A stretch of DNA of 64,000 bases, taken from Mobula hypostoma. Its lineage: Eukaryota. Numbering within the stretch: position 1 is the first letter of the stretch; every line of letters begins with the position of its first letter. The stretch spans positions 57,476,001 to 57,540,000 of the forward strand of contig NC_086097.1 of assembly GCF_963921235.1 (NCBI RefSeq). Reading direction: 5' to 3'. Position numbers and translations under genes: made by a program. This document shows positions 51,888 through 63,354 of the stretch, in pieces. The notes under the pieces were generated by a model. That model was not told the DNA's origin. It did not search any database and was given only the letters and a program-made list of their open reading frames with translations.

Positions 51888-52410
51888 CAGTGGATTCTGG
51901 TTAATTGGGACATATCAAGACTAGTACATTTTGGCCCAATTAAGCAGCTGCCCCAATTAGCCGGAGTTTCATGGAAGTAGTTAATAAGGCATAAAAAAGG
52001 CAAACTACCTTTTAATTCAGTAAAAATTGATATATTTAATGAAATACAGAATGATTAGAACTCTACCAAAATTATGACTATACTATAAAACAGTGTATTA
52101 GTTCCTAATAGTTATTGACGGAGGAATTCATCCGGTGTTCACTGCCATGTTCCTTTGATTGACTGTAGGTGAACAAAATCAGTGCAGACACCTAGTGCAG
52201 ATAGTAGACTGCCTTCAAACAGTACTGTCAATGATTGCATCCTCCAAATCTTCATTTTAATTGCAACGTTTAAGATGACTGTCGATACCTTCGTTCTTCA
52301 TAGTCCTGACAAAGGGTCTCGGCCTGAAACGTCGACTGCACCTCTTCCTAGAGATGACCAGCAACTTTTATGTGTGTTTCTTCATAGTTACTTGTGTATT
52401 ACTTGCCAAC
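51888..52410. mobile_element. Truncated Tigger-like MITE (same family as 56150-56950, opposite orientation)
   Basis: TA followed by TIR cagtggattctggttaattggg; reverse-complement similarity to 56500-56950. Confidence 0.75.
52305..52377 (+). mobile_element. Penelope-derived short repeat with a mutated hammerhead core (CUGACAA)
   Basis: 11-bp TSD TTCTTCATAGT at 52294-52304 and 52378-52388; internal deletion. Confidence 0.8.
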
Positions 52411-52805
52411 TAATTGAAATCCACTGTATGTATTCTTTGCCCACATGAATTTGTTTGCTTCATTTCTGTTTAATCTTTTCCTTCATTCTGTGTTGATTTT
52501 GTAATTTCACATCTTTTAATCTATTATTTGAGTTTATTTTCAGTATTTGTTTTCTTAGCAGTGCTTCCGTAGTTGTGGCTGTAGAAGTGGAAAGATATCA
52601 GTAAGGGTTTGACAGAATAGGGAGGTTGGCCAGAACTTAGTGTAAGCAGGAAAGGCAAAATTCAGGTCAGGAAAGAATCAAGTCTAAAAGACTGAAAATT
52701 CGATAACTTGCTGTATTTGGATGGAACAGTTGCGCAGTGTAGAAATAAGTTATGTTAATTGAGACTTGATCACACTGAAAATATCTTATTAATAATTGAA
52801 AAAAA

Positions 52806-54887
52806 ACTGACTGTGAGGCTAAGCACAGTTCCAGTGCCATATTTAAGTTTGCTGATGACACCATTGTCATTGACAGAATCAAAGGTAGTAATGAATCAGC
52901 TTATAAGAGGGAGATTGAATATCTGACTGAGTGGTGCTACAACAACCTCTTACTCAATGTCAGCAAGACAAAGGAGCTGATTATTGACTTGAGGAGGAGG
53001 AAACCAGAGGTCCATGAGCTAGTCCTCATTTGGGGGATCAGAGGCAGAGAGGATCAGAAACAACTAAATGCCGCAGTGTTATTATTTCAGAGGATCTCTC
53101 CTGGGTCCAGTACATAAATGCTGTTACAAAAAAAGGACAGCAGTACTACTTCCTTAGAAGTTTGGGAAGATTCAGCATGACATCTAAAAATTGGACAAAC
53201 ATCTGTAGATGTGTGGTGGAGAATATTTTGGCTGGTTGCATGACAGCCTGGTATGGAAACACCAATGACCTTGAATGGAAAATCTTACAAAAGGTAGTGG
53301 ATAGGGCCCAGTCCATCATTGGTAAATCCCTCCCCAATATTGAGTACATCTATATGGAGCACTTTCGCAGGTAAGTAGCATCCATTATTATGGGCCCCCA
53401 CCATCCAGGCCATGCTCTTTTCTCACTGCTGCCATCAGGAAGAGGGTACTCAGGACCCACATCACCATGTATAGGAACGGTTATTGCTCCTCAAGCATCA
53501 GACTCCTGAACCAGAGGGGATAGCTTCGCTCAACTTCACTCACCCTATCATTCATCGCAGACGATCCATGCATAGCAACACAGGCTAACTCCTTCCAAGA
53601 AGTTGAAGTACGACTTACAGCAGTCCTTGAAGCAATGAAACAGTATCATGAAAAATGGTCTCTGAACCCAAATCCATTAAAAACTCAAGTGTGTGCATTC
53701 CACCTGAGGAATCGAGAAGCAGCTCAGAAACTCAAGATCTTCTGGTGTGGGAAGGAGCTCGAACACCATCCGACTCCAATTTACCTGGGCATGACACTGG
53801 ATAGGAACGCTCTCATTCGCCACTCACATCCAAAAACTCTGAGGGAAAGTTGGCTCCCACAATTCTCTCTTGAAAAAATTAGCAAGCATGAAATGGGGAG
53901 CTAATGCTCACACACTTAGATCAACTGCCCTAGCACTCTGCTATGCACCTGCAGAATAATGTGCACCTGTGTGTGGCAGATCAGCCCATGCAAAGAAAAT
54001 AGACCCGTTGCTTAATGAAGCCTGCCGAATAATCACGGGCACACTGCACCCCACACCCACTAACATCATTTACAGTCTTACAGGCATTGCTCCCCCAGAG
54101 ATCCGAAGACACACTACAACAAAAGTTGAAAAAGGTAAACAGAACTCGGATCCACGGCACCCACTACATCATCATGTGCCAGTTTCCAACCACCTAAAAT
54201 CGAGGAAAAGCTTTGCTACAGTGGAGGAACTACCACATGGCACATCGTCCCAAACATACAGGATTGACCTCTGGCAACAAACAGAAGCCAGAACCCCACC
54301 AAACAATACAGTGCAAGACCCCACAGAAATGTTGCCAGACGGGGCACTGCTTGACAGATGGAAGTGGTGCACTCTCAACAGAGCGATAGCGGGAGCTTGT
54401 AGGACGGGAGAGAATATGGTGAAGTGGGGTTTAAAGACCAGCGAATCCTGTGAGTGTGGCAAAAGGGTGCAGAACATTGAACACGTTCTACGCAACTGCC
54501 CACTCTCACCTGATTTAGCTGACACTGACCTGCTCAGCATCAACCAAACAACACCAGAGTGGCTGGCTGTCTGGTGTGACAAGCTATGATGATGATGCCT
54601 TATCACTGAACTGTTCCCTCAACCTATGAACTCACTTTCAAGGACTCTTCATCTCATGTTCTCCTTTTTTATTTCATATTTATTATTACTATTATTATTT
54701 TCTTCTGTATTTGCACAGTTCTTTGGCTTTTGCGCAGTGACCATTTGTCTGTTCTGTTGAATGCGGTCTTTCAATGATTCTATTGTTTTTCTTGGATTTA
54801 CTGAGTATCCTGCTAGAAAATATATTTCAGGCTTGTATTGGTTATATATATGTACTTTGATAATAAACTTACTTTCAGCTTTGAACT
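52806..54887 (+). mobile_element. Rex1/Babar LINE 3' half, interrupted
   Basis: IFKFADDT, LNVSKTKELIID, SEDLSW, ILAGCMTAWYGN; tail tactttgataataaacttacttt. Confidence 0.88.
53551..54597 (+). mobile_element. 5'-truncated Ingi/Vingi-like LINE nested in Rex1
   Basis: IADD, NPLKTQVCAFHLRNRE, YLGMTLDR, RIITGTLHPTP, GIAPPEIRR, C-terminal CECG..QNIEHVLRNCP; (TGA)n tail; TSD ccctatca/ccttatca. Confidence 0.7.
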
Positions 54888-54926
54888 AATAGCATGAAGC
54901 ATAGACTTTATTTTACCCCAAAATAA

Positions 54927-55141
54927 AGCAGAAGAAGAAAGCCCTTAACTCCAAGTGGAGTCATCAGAATGCCGTCATGACGGCATTTTTTTTAGCAGGC
55001 TTTCTTATTTTTATGAGGCCGAGTTGCTAGCTCGACGCTCAACCAGCACAGATGGAAAGCGTGCAACGGAGTTGGCTGGATTCGAACTTGGGAGCCTTTG
55101 CTCTGAAGTCCGGCGCTGATGCCACTATGCCACCAGTCGGC
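54927..55141 (-). mobile_element. tRNA-derived SINE
   Basis: Minus-strand A box TGGCATAGTGG and B box GTTCGAATCC; 12-bp TSD ACCCCAAAATAA at 54915-54926 and 55142-55153; (TTC)n tail. Confidence 0.88.
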
Positions 55142-55279
55142 ACCCCAAAATAACACAAAAATTAATGCAGTGTTCGAGAAGGGTGCGTATATATAGCAAT
55201 ATATATCAGTGCTGTTTTGCACACTGCTTCAGAGTTAACTGTTTCAGTGCAATTGGATGTGGTGATTATGTGAGTTAAA

Positions 55280-55820
55280 ACTAGTTCAACCATAACTTGA
55301 GTATTGTGATCAGTTCTGGCACCAGAATTGAGCAAGGTTATAAATGGCTTAGAGAGGTTGTGACAAAATTTTCCAAAATTATTCCAGGGAGGTGGTATTT
55401 TAGCTATGTAAACATGTTGGTGGAACTAGGACTGTTCTGCCTGGAGTAGAGGCAGTTGCAAGGGGATCTGATAGATGTAATTAAAATCATGAGGGATATA
55501 GATAAAGATGATAAATAGAAACTGGTCTTATTGGCAATGGGTCAAGAACTAGAGGACAAGGAATGAAGGTGATTGGCAAAAGAATAAAAAATGACATGAA
55601 ACATTGTTTTTTAAACAGCAGCACGAATGCAATGCCAGAGGCAGTTGGCAGAGTTGAAGGCAACATACTGAAGGAATTTGGATAAATACATGAATGGAAA
55701 GAATTGCAGGATCATAGGGTGCAAGCAAGGCAATAGAACCTAATGGACTGCTCTTATTTAGAGCCAATGATGATTCGATTGGACCAATGGCGTCCTTCTG
55801 TACAGTAATCATTCCATGAT
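55280..55820 (+). mobile_element. Old CR1 3' relic
   Basis: LEYCDQFWH, LFCLE*RQLQGDLIDVIKIMRDIDK; CR1-type tail. Confidence 0.7.
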
Positions 55821-56149
55821 TCTGTGAATTGAAATTTGAAGTGCTACATATTTGCTCATGACAATGACAAAACTAGTTGAATTGCAGGGATATACAAGAC
55901 ATATATTGAAATGATACTAGCAACAGACCTTTGCATCATGTGATCTGACTTACACTATGAGAGATGTTGATTGATGTGGACCCAAGGTAAAAGTTATCAA
56001 ATAAAACCCAAGTTAAACTGAGGCAGCTAACTATGGCTTTGTTTTGCGCTGCACTGAATCTTAAAGCTTTCAGTAATAACATAAATCAATATTGTACCAG
56101 TAATTACATTAGGTCAGCAAAATAATTTGTTCAAAGCAGATAATATATG

Positions 56150-56950
56150 CAGAGGATTCTGGTTAATTGGGCCATCGGTTAATCAAGACAGCCGCATATT
56201 TGGGACAACTCTTAAAAAACAAAAACAAATCGAGAAAATAGTTAGGATTCCTTTGTTTATTTGGGACACTATGCTGCCTAATTGGGGCAGTAGACTGTTG
56301 CCAAACATTTTCTAATTGTGTGCATGTCACGTGACTGTTAGACACTACACTGTGCTTAAAGTGAACAGTTTTTAAATAGTGTCAGTTGTGTGTGTTTGTG
56401 TTCAAAAAGCTGTGATTTTTGTCACTGATAGTAGGGAACAGTAAGTCAATTTAGAACTCTTGCTCATTGTGGTTTCAAGCATTCAGATTTGTAGATGCCA
56501 GAAACAGCAGGGAATAAAAATGAAATGATTTTGCTACTTCAACAAGTTAAGAACTATGAAGAAATTGAAGGTATCCCCAATCATCTTGAGTACTACAACT
56601 GCAATGAAGGTTTGGAGGATGCAATCATCGACAGTGCTGTTTGAAATCAGTCCACTATCTGCACTAGGTGTCAGCGCTGATTTTGTTCATTTACTATCAA
56701 TCAAAAGAACGTGGCAGCGGCACTTCAATCAAAGGAGTGTAGCAGTTTTATAGTACTGTAGTAGTATTGATAGTGTTCTAACTTGTTCTGTATTTCCTCT
56801 AAATGTATAATTTGTTACTCTGTTAAATGGTAATTTGTCGTTTTTAAATCTTTTTAACTATTTCCAGGAAACCTCAGCTAATCAGGGTAGCTGCTTAATT
56901 GGGCTAAAATGAACTGGTCCTGATGTGTCCCAATTAACTGGAATCCACTG
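56150..56950. mobile_element. Tigger-like MITE
   Basis: TIRs cagaggattctggttaattggg / cccaattaactggaatccactg followed by TA. Confidence 0.85.
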
Positions 56951-57584
56951 TAAATACGTGAGAGGTGAATAATGGATCTGTATGACAGCAAAAATTATGA
57001 TATATGTAAAGAGAGAAAGAAGGAAACAGATAAATTATAATTTGTGTATCCATCCAGAATGGGAGATATTCTGAAGAATGCATGCAAAAAGAATGAGTGA
57101 ATCTCAGACAAGAAACATAACTCTAGTGATGCTGTTCCACTCAGGCAACTGAGGGAAGGCCAGCAGGAGTGGAACATGGATATGAAGCAGCAGCAGTAGT
57201 TTTACAAAGCAATGAGTAGTGTTGGAAATGAAAACATAACCAGAGACTTTTTTTTGTAGGAGACCTCCAGTGATCTCTTCATGGACCATTGGCTAGATTG
57301 CTTAAAGCCTGGGAAATCTGTGCACCATAGATGTTGTGCTCTACTTAGCTGTCTGATATACTCCATATCTGATCCTGATATGGATGTTCATAGAGGCTAA
57401 CACCTGTTTCAACAAGCATCCGTGTAAAGTTGGAAGTAACCCACTTATGTCCCAATTTCCACTTCACACACTCTTCCATCAGACAATGCAGATTGCTGAC
57501 AGGTTTTAAGTCTTTGTGTGAACTAATCTTGAACAAGATGTTAAAAGCTGGGTTGGTATTTTTGTCCTCTGCCAGCATGGACAG

Positions 57585-57830
57585 AAAGGCTTACATCTAT
57601 TTATATTGTGCTTTTCATCACCTGAGGATGTTTCAAAGTTGTTTTTACCAACGAAGTACATTGATGAGCTGCAACTGTCTTAATCTAACGAAAAAAAAAA
57701 TCAGGGACTAATTGCATGCAAATCATATTTGAAAATCAGCACCTCACTTTCAGTGCTGTGACTGGGTTGAACCTCTTGAACCATAGCATGAACCAGCACT
57801 TTGCAGTCCTCAGAATTTTGTTGAATAGTT
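57585..57830 (-). mobile_element. Old L2-tailed SINE relic (Deu/SacSINE-like)
   Basis: 'ctatttatattgtgcttttcatcacctgaggatgtttcaaag' resembles the reverse complement of an L2-type 3' end; highly diverged. Confidence 0.4.
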
Positions 57831-59206
57831 AGAGCAGCAAAGTCATGATTGGACCAGGTTTTGTTTAAGTTACACATATGGTGAGAAATATTATTCTTGC
57901 TCCCGATGGGTACATATTTTAATTGGTTCAACATGTCACATCCTCTCTGTTCATATGGATGTAACAGATGTGATTGAATGAACATAAGTTATGTACATGT
58001 TTATTGTTCTAAGTGTGGTTTATTCTTGCTACATAATTGATGCATTCTTCTAGTGTTCCTTTAATTTTGCTTTTTAATTCCTGTAATTCCAATTCATAGT
58101 TTTCAATAAAATGGTCATAATGAGTTTCAAATATTAAAGCAAGTATTCCTCTCCCAAAACAAAATCAAAAGCATCTTAATATGTTTGAGAAGCATATGTA
58201 AATTTATTTTCCATAGCACTGCAGTGTACTTCATAAACTTTAATAAGGCTATGCTGTAGATTACATTTTCCTCTTAAAAACATTTATTAATCTGTAGCTC
58301 ATGCCTTTGGCGCAATGCCTTTGGCACAATGCCTTTTTTCCATTGCCAGGCCAATAAAGTATTATGCTGATTCCAAATAGTACGACATGGATCTGACCAG
58401 AAAAAACAAAATGCTGTACTGAAGCCTGCGCCAGCTAAAACCACTCAGGTTTCCAGCACCAAGTACAACAGATTGCCCTTTCATTTTGCTTTGTAACTTC
58501 AAATGCAGTGTGCTTGGCACAAAAATGTTTGTCTGGAAATCTGTCTTGGCAAGAGGCCACAGCATAAAAATTGTGCAGACCTCATGAAAATCCACAACCC
58601 TTGCCAGGAAAGTTGATCTCTGGGTTTTGCATGGACTGTTGGAGTTTTTGAGTGCAATGTGCATTGGCAGTTCTCCTTGAAGCAGAAGTCTCTGTTACAA
58701 ATAAATTTTAAAAGTAGGAGTTTAACTTTGAGCAAACTCTGAATGTTAATATCTGAGGTTTATTTGTGGACCAAAGCTGTTTATGAACAAAAGGGTTTAG
58801 CACTGTATAGAGTTGAAATGAACTAAGGTCATAAAATGAATATATTGTTTCAGTAGGTAGAGAGCACTCAATGTGATCATGAGGCGAAATCAGTGATTGA
58901 ATCCATCATTCACGCAGCTTGAACTCAGCTTGTCAAGCTCATACAGACATGCCGTAACTTAGCCACTACTATAAAATCTTTGCTTCAGTTTCATCTTGTG
59001 TTCTTCAGGTCTTTTGTCAAACACAGTGCTTTTTGTTCGGTTACTTTCCCTTTCTCTCCTCCCAACCATATCACTTTAGATGCACCAAAACTATCTCTGA
59101 ATGATTCCATCATCTGATTATTCTGTCCCATAAAAGTGCCCTACAATTAAGCAGTAAGGCGTACAGCAAAGCATGTTGAAGCACACAGAAAACTCTTACT
59201 TGTGCT

Positions 59207-59268
59207 GCCCATAAGTAGATCAACAGAACGAAGACCATCATCCTCGACCTCGAGGGATAGCCACGACG
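59207..59268 (+). mobile_element. Tiny RTE-type 3'-end insertion
   Basis: 9-bp TSD ACTTGTGCT at 59198-59206 and 59269-59277; hairpin atcctcga-cc-tcgagggat; (CGA)n tail. Confidence 0.6.
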
Positions 59269-59559
59269 ACTTGTGCTTTTCCTTGCTGCCACATGATATC
59301 TTTGCCTCATCTTTATGGTCATGTGATTTGATATATGCTGTTGTTATATTCACACTTGAAGAAGTCAGTAGACAAGAGAAAGAGTTTTACATTTAAAGGG
59401 GTATTAGCATCTTGTAAAGTGCTTCTTGTAATCACTTCCTAAATTTTTGGTTTGCCCATTGTTAAAAGTGTTTGTAATGATGTTTGTAAAATGGGTTACT
59501 TTTTTCGACTACAAATGGAAGGAGGGGAAGATGTGCTTGATTTTCCCCTTTCTTTTCTG

Positions 59560-60020
59560 TTTGGAACAGAAGCTGCTGAAGAAAGTGCAGCATATAGCCC
59601 TACCCATCAGAGTATATTTATCTGGAGTGCTGCCACAAGAAAGCAGCATCCATCATCAAAGACCCTAACCATTCAGGCCATGCCTTCTTCATCTACTATC
59701 ATTGGGCAGGAAATACAGAAGCCTCAAATTCCACACTACCAGGTTTAGAAACAGGTATTACCGTACAACCATTAGCCTCCTGCACTGGAGTGGATAACGT
59801 CATTCACCACTAGTCTGACTATTCTACAGCCTGCAGACTTAGTATCAACTCGTTCTTAGTATTATTTTTCTCTATGCAATTTGTCTTCTTCTGTACAATG
59901 GTGTTTGTTAGTCTTTGCTTGTGTATAGTTTTTCATAAGATTCTGTTGTATTTTTTCATGTAAGCACCTGCATAAAATGAATCTCAAGGTAGTATATGGT
60001 AACATATACATACTTTGTTT
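59560..60020 (+). mobile_element. Rex1/Babar 3' relic
   Basis: KAASIIKDPNHSGHA; shared Rex1 3'UTR. Confidence 0.75.
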
Positions 60021-60364
60021 GAATATGGTAACATATATGGTAACAGTATGTTAGAAATGGTGAAATGGCTGTAAGCATATTCTTATGCCATGATGTGACA
60101 AGGGGAATTTTATTGTTGGCCATGGAAGAGGGGAATAAGCTGAGAGCATCAAAATGGAAAGAACTAGTTGAGGGTGCTGTCAGTTGGAGTGGAGGGGAAC
60201 CTGTGGTTGATGAGAAGTAAAGGACATTAGAAGAATTAACCATGAAAGATAACATTGTCCGAAAATTAGAACGTGCCCTGAATTCCAAATTCCACAGTTG
60301 ATAGCAAAGATTTAATTTGGGAAAATGTCGCTAATTAATCATTTTCATGGCAAAACTGAGTACT

Positions 60365-60598
60365 GAAACAACCAGACCACTTGGCAGAGCATCTCTATTC
60401 ATTCTCCAAGGATTATCCTGATCCTCCTGCTGTTTCTCATTTTTCATTTCCATCCCAAATCCATTCTGACTCCTCTGGTTTTGGTTTCCTATGCTGTGCG
60501 ACTAAGCTTGAGGAACTGTACTTCCTCTTCATCTCAGTTTTTCAGCCCTTGGATCTCAATATTAAGTTCATAATTTTATATAACCAGCCTTTCTTGTT
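60365..60598 (+). mobile_element. Penelope-like ORF C-terminal relic (continues at about 61670-61850)
   Basis: LAEHL..DPPAVSHF...KLEELYFLF...QPLDLNIKF resembles the PLE GIY-YIG end. Confidence 0.55.
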
Positions 60599-60599
60599 T

Positions 60600-61667
60600 A
60601 GACATAGGACATAGGAGCAGAATTAGGCCATTTAGCCTATTGAGTTAGCTACACTGGTGATTTATTTTCTCTCAAATCCCTATTCTCTTCTTTTCACCCC
60701 ATAACCTTTGACAACCTTACTAATTAAGTACCTATCAACCTCCTCCTTAAATATACCCAATGACTTGACTTTTACAGTCATCCGTGGCAATGAATTCCAC
60801 AGATTCGCTAACTTCTGTCAAAAGAAATTTCTTTTCCTCTCTGTTCTAAAGGAACTTACTTGTATTCTGAGGCTGTGCCCTCTGGTCCTAGTTTCTCCCA
60901 CTATTGGTAGAAGGAATAAACCCATAGGCTATTTTCTAAGCAGGGAGATGGGAGAAAATTCAAAAATCAGAGATGCAAATAGACAGGAGTCCTCGTGTAG
61001 AATTCCCTAAAGGTTAACTTGCAGGTCAAGTCAGTGGTAAGGAAGGTATTTGCAATGTCAACATTAATTTCGAAAGGAAGGATGTAATGCTAAGGCTTTA
61101 TAAGACATTGGTTGGAATTGCACTTAGTTATTGTGGGCAGTTTTGAGTCCCTTATCTGAAAATAGATGTGCTGGCATTGGAGAGAGTACAGAGGAGGTTC
61201 ATGAGATTGATTCCAGGAATGAAAGGGTTAATGTATGAGGAGAATGTGACAGCTCAGGGCCTGTACTTGCAGGTGTTTAGAAGAATGAGGGAGGGATCTC
61301 ACTGAAATCTATTCAATATTGAAAGGCCCAGATAGATGGACATGGAGAAGATGTTTCCTATAGCGGGAGTGTCTAGGACCGGAGGGCACAGCCTCAGAAT
61401 AGAGGGACGTCCATTTAGAACAGAGATGAGCAGGAAGTTCTTCAGCCAGAGGGTGGTGAATCTGTGGAATTCATTGCCATAGACGGCTGTGGGGGCCAGG
61501 TCATTGAGTATATTTAAATCATAGGTTTTTGATTTGTCAAGGCATCAAAGGTTGTGGGGAGAAGACAGGAAAATGGGTTTGGAGGGATAATAATCAGCCA
61601 TGATGGAATAGCAGAACAGACTCGATGGGCAGAATGGCCTAATTCTGCTCTATGTCTTATGGTCCTA
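60600..61667. mobile_element. Two CR1 3' fragments head-to-head (minus about 60600-60905, plus about 60906-61667)
   Basis: CR1 3' tails point outward at both ends (gacataggagcagaattaggcc / ggcctaattctgctctatgtc). Confidence 0.85.
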
Positions 61668-62109
61668 TTGTTTTACTGCAGTCATCCTCTGCACATACAC
61701 CCTATTTAGACCTTTTATGTCAGATCTGATCAGTTCTGGTGTGAGATGATCTGCCTGTAACATTAACCTAGTTTTTTTTCTCTACAGGTGCTGAATATTT
61801 CCTACATTTTCTTATATTTTCAGATTTCCATCAAATGCTGTGTTCTGCATCTCATATTTGGCTTTTTCTCCTTTCTACTACTCACATTCATCTTCCTGTA
61901 TTTACAACCCTTAAGCGTTAATCTGCCTGTCTTAGATGACATTAAAAGTAATCATATCACCTGAATATACTCAGTCTCGTCTCCACGCCCCCCCCGCCAC
62001 CATTGTAACTTTAAGCACATTTATTTTTTCACTATTCTTTTGAAGGGCTAATAATGTGAAATGTTAACTTTGTTCCTCTCTCTGTTGCGTCATTGCGCTC
62101 TATTGCACT

Positions 62110-62312
62110 CTCTCAGAGCGTCATAGGAAGTCATTCCTGCCTGTGGCCATCAAACTTTACAACTCCTCCCTTGGAGGGTCAGACACCCTGAGCCAATAGG
62201 CTGGTCCTGGACTTATTTCCTGGCATAATTTACATATTACTATTTAATTATTTATGGTGCAACTGTAGCAAAAACCAATTTCCCCCGGGATCAATAAAGT
62301 ATGACTATGACT
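62110..62312 (+). mobile_element. Short Rex1-like 3' end
   Basis: ERHRKSFLPVAIKLYNS; AATAAA followed by an (ATGACT)n tail. Confidence 0.75.
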
Positions 62313-62405
62313 TTTGATGCTGCCTTTGTTCTAATTATAATTAAGTAAAAGAACTGAGTTTATTTCACGACTTCTATTTAATCCTACTTGTTTTTATGTA
62401 TTTAG

Positions 62406-62596
62406 GAATCTGAGATTGATACTGAGTATCAAGGATCACCCGAACGAGGGATAGAGTTAGAAGGCTTTGCTGAGTCCATCTCTGCTTTTAACAAGGGTCC
62501 ATCGTTTCCTCCCTTTGTTCCTGCCGTTCAGCCAACTGTTGACATTGTTGGAGTAATAGAACGCAACATGTCCTTAGAAGATCAGTTGATCGAGAG
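62406..62596 (+). CDS. Candidate internal coding exon (ESEIDTEYQGSPERGIELEGFAESISAFNKGPSFPPFVPAVQPTVDIVGVIERNMSLEDQLIE+AG)
   Basis: Acceptor cttgtttttatgtatttag, donor AG|gtagtt; 191-nt open frame starting in phase 0, compatible with exon 43884-43967. Confidence 0.75.
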
Positions 62597-63354
62597 GTAG
62601 TTAATATGCTTAAGATACTGAAATGTGAATTGTATATATTGATAATCTTAACTAAATTAGGGGATGCTGTGTAGAAAAGAATCTTAAATTGAAGTTCCAT
62701 TTTATATTAACACATTGCTTGCTAACCCTTATTGGTGCACATTGTAATATCCAAACATATTCACTGACTCACTCACATGCTTCCATTGCTCAGTCCAATA
62801 TATGTCAACTGCTTTCCTCCCACCACCCTCCCCATTCCTGAATCAAAGCTTGCTCCGTACCTTCCTCTACTCTCTGATCTTCTTCTGCCCTGCTACAGGG
62901 AGAGGTCCCTCTTCCTCTCATGCACTGCCTTCCTTCAGCTGAAATCCACCCACATTCCGAGCCATCATCTGTCCTATTGTCCTTTGTTCCCAACTGCATC
63001 TTGAAAACATTCCCAACCCATTTTGGTTGTAGCCAACTTGTGGCCCAGAGCTTCCAATCCCAGCCAAACCTGCTTGCCTGCTGCATAGCTGGCTGGGTAC
63101 TCCTTGATGCTCCAGCTGTACACTTGATACCATTCCTGGCCACACTATGACTGCATTCTTGCCCATAGTCCTTCTGCATACTTCCCTCTGGACAGAGTCG
63201 CAATTCAACTTGTGATTCATGGCTCGAGCTACACAATTGTATCACAATCTTGGACATGCTTCAGCCCACAGCTCCCAGTTCCAACCACTCTCTAGCCACT
63301 GGTTCCATTTTCCATACCTGGCCCCAATCCTGACAATGCTCTTTCTCCGTACCT

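Noticed and set aside
11147..52377. Dispersed near-identical repeats as a CRISPR-like array
   Set aside because: Irregular kilobase spacing, both orientations, individual TSDs and a eukaryotic context indicate retroelement insertions.
55070..55141. tRNA gene
   Set aside because: A and B boxes are present, but the sequence continues into a SINE body with a tail and TSD, and I see no convincing cloverleaf.
57260..57400. Open frame after ttttttgtag
   Set aside because: No donor site and no recognisable protein features.
61725..62085. Additional hammerheads at about 61733-61770 and 62033-62070
   Set aside because: They sit in PLE-like tails but the CUGANGA and GAAA cores are too degenerate to call.
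62777..63350. 150-aa ORF 62805-63257 and overlapping ORFs
   Set aside because: No recognisable domain or splice support; probably a decayed repeat of undetermined family.
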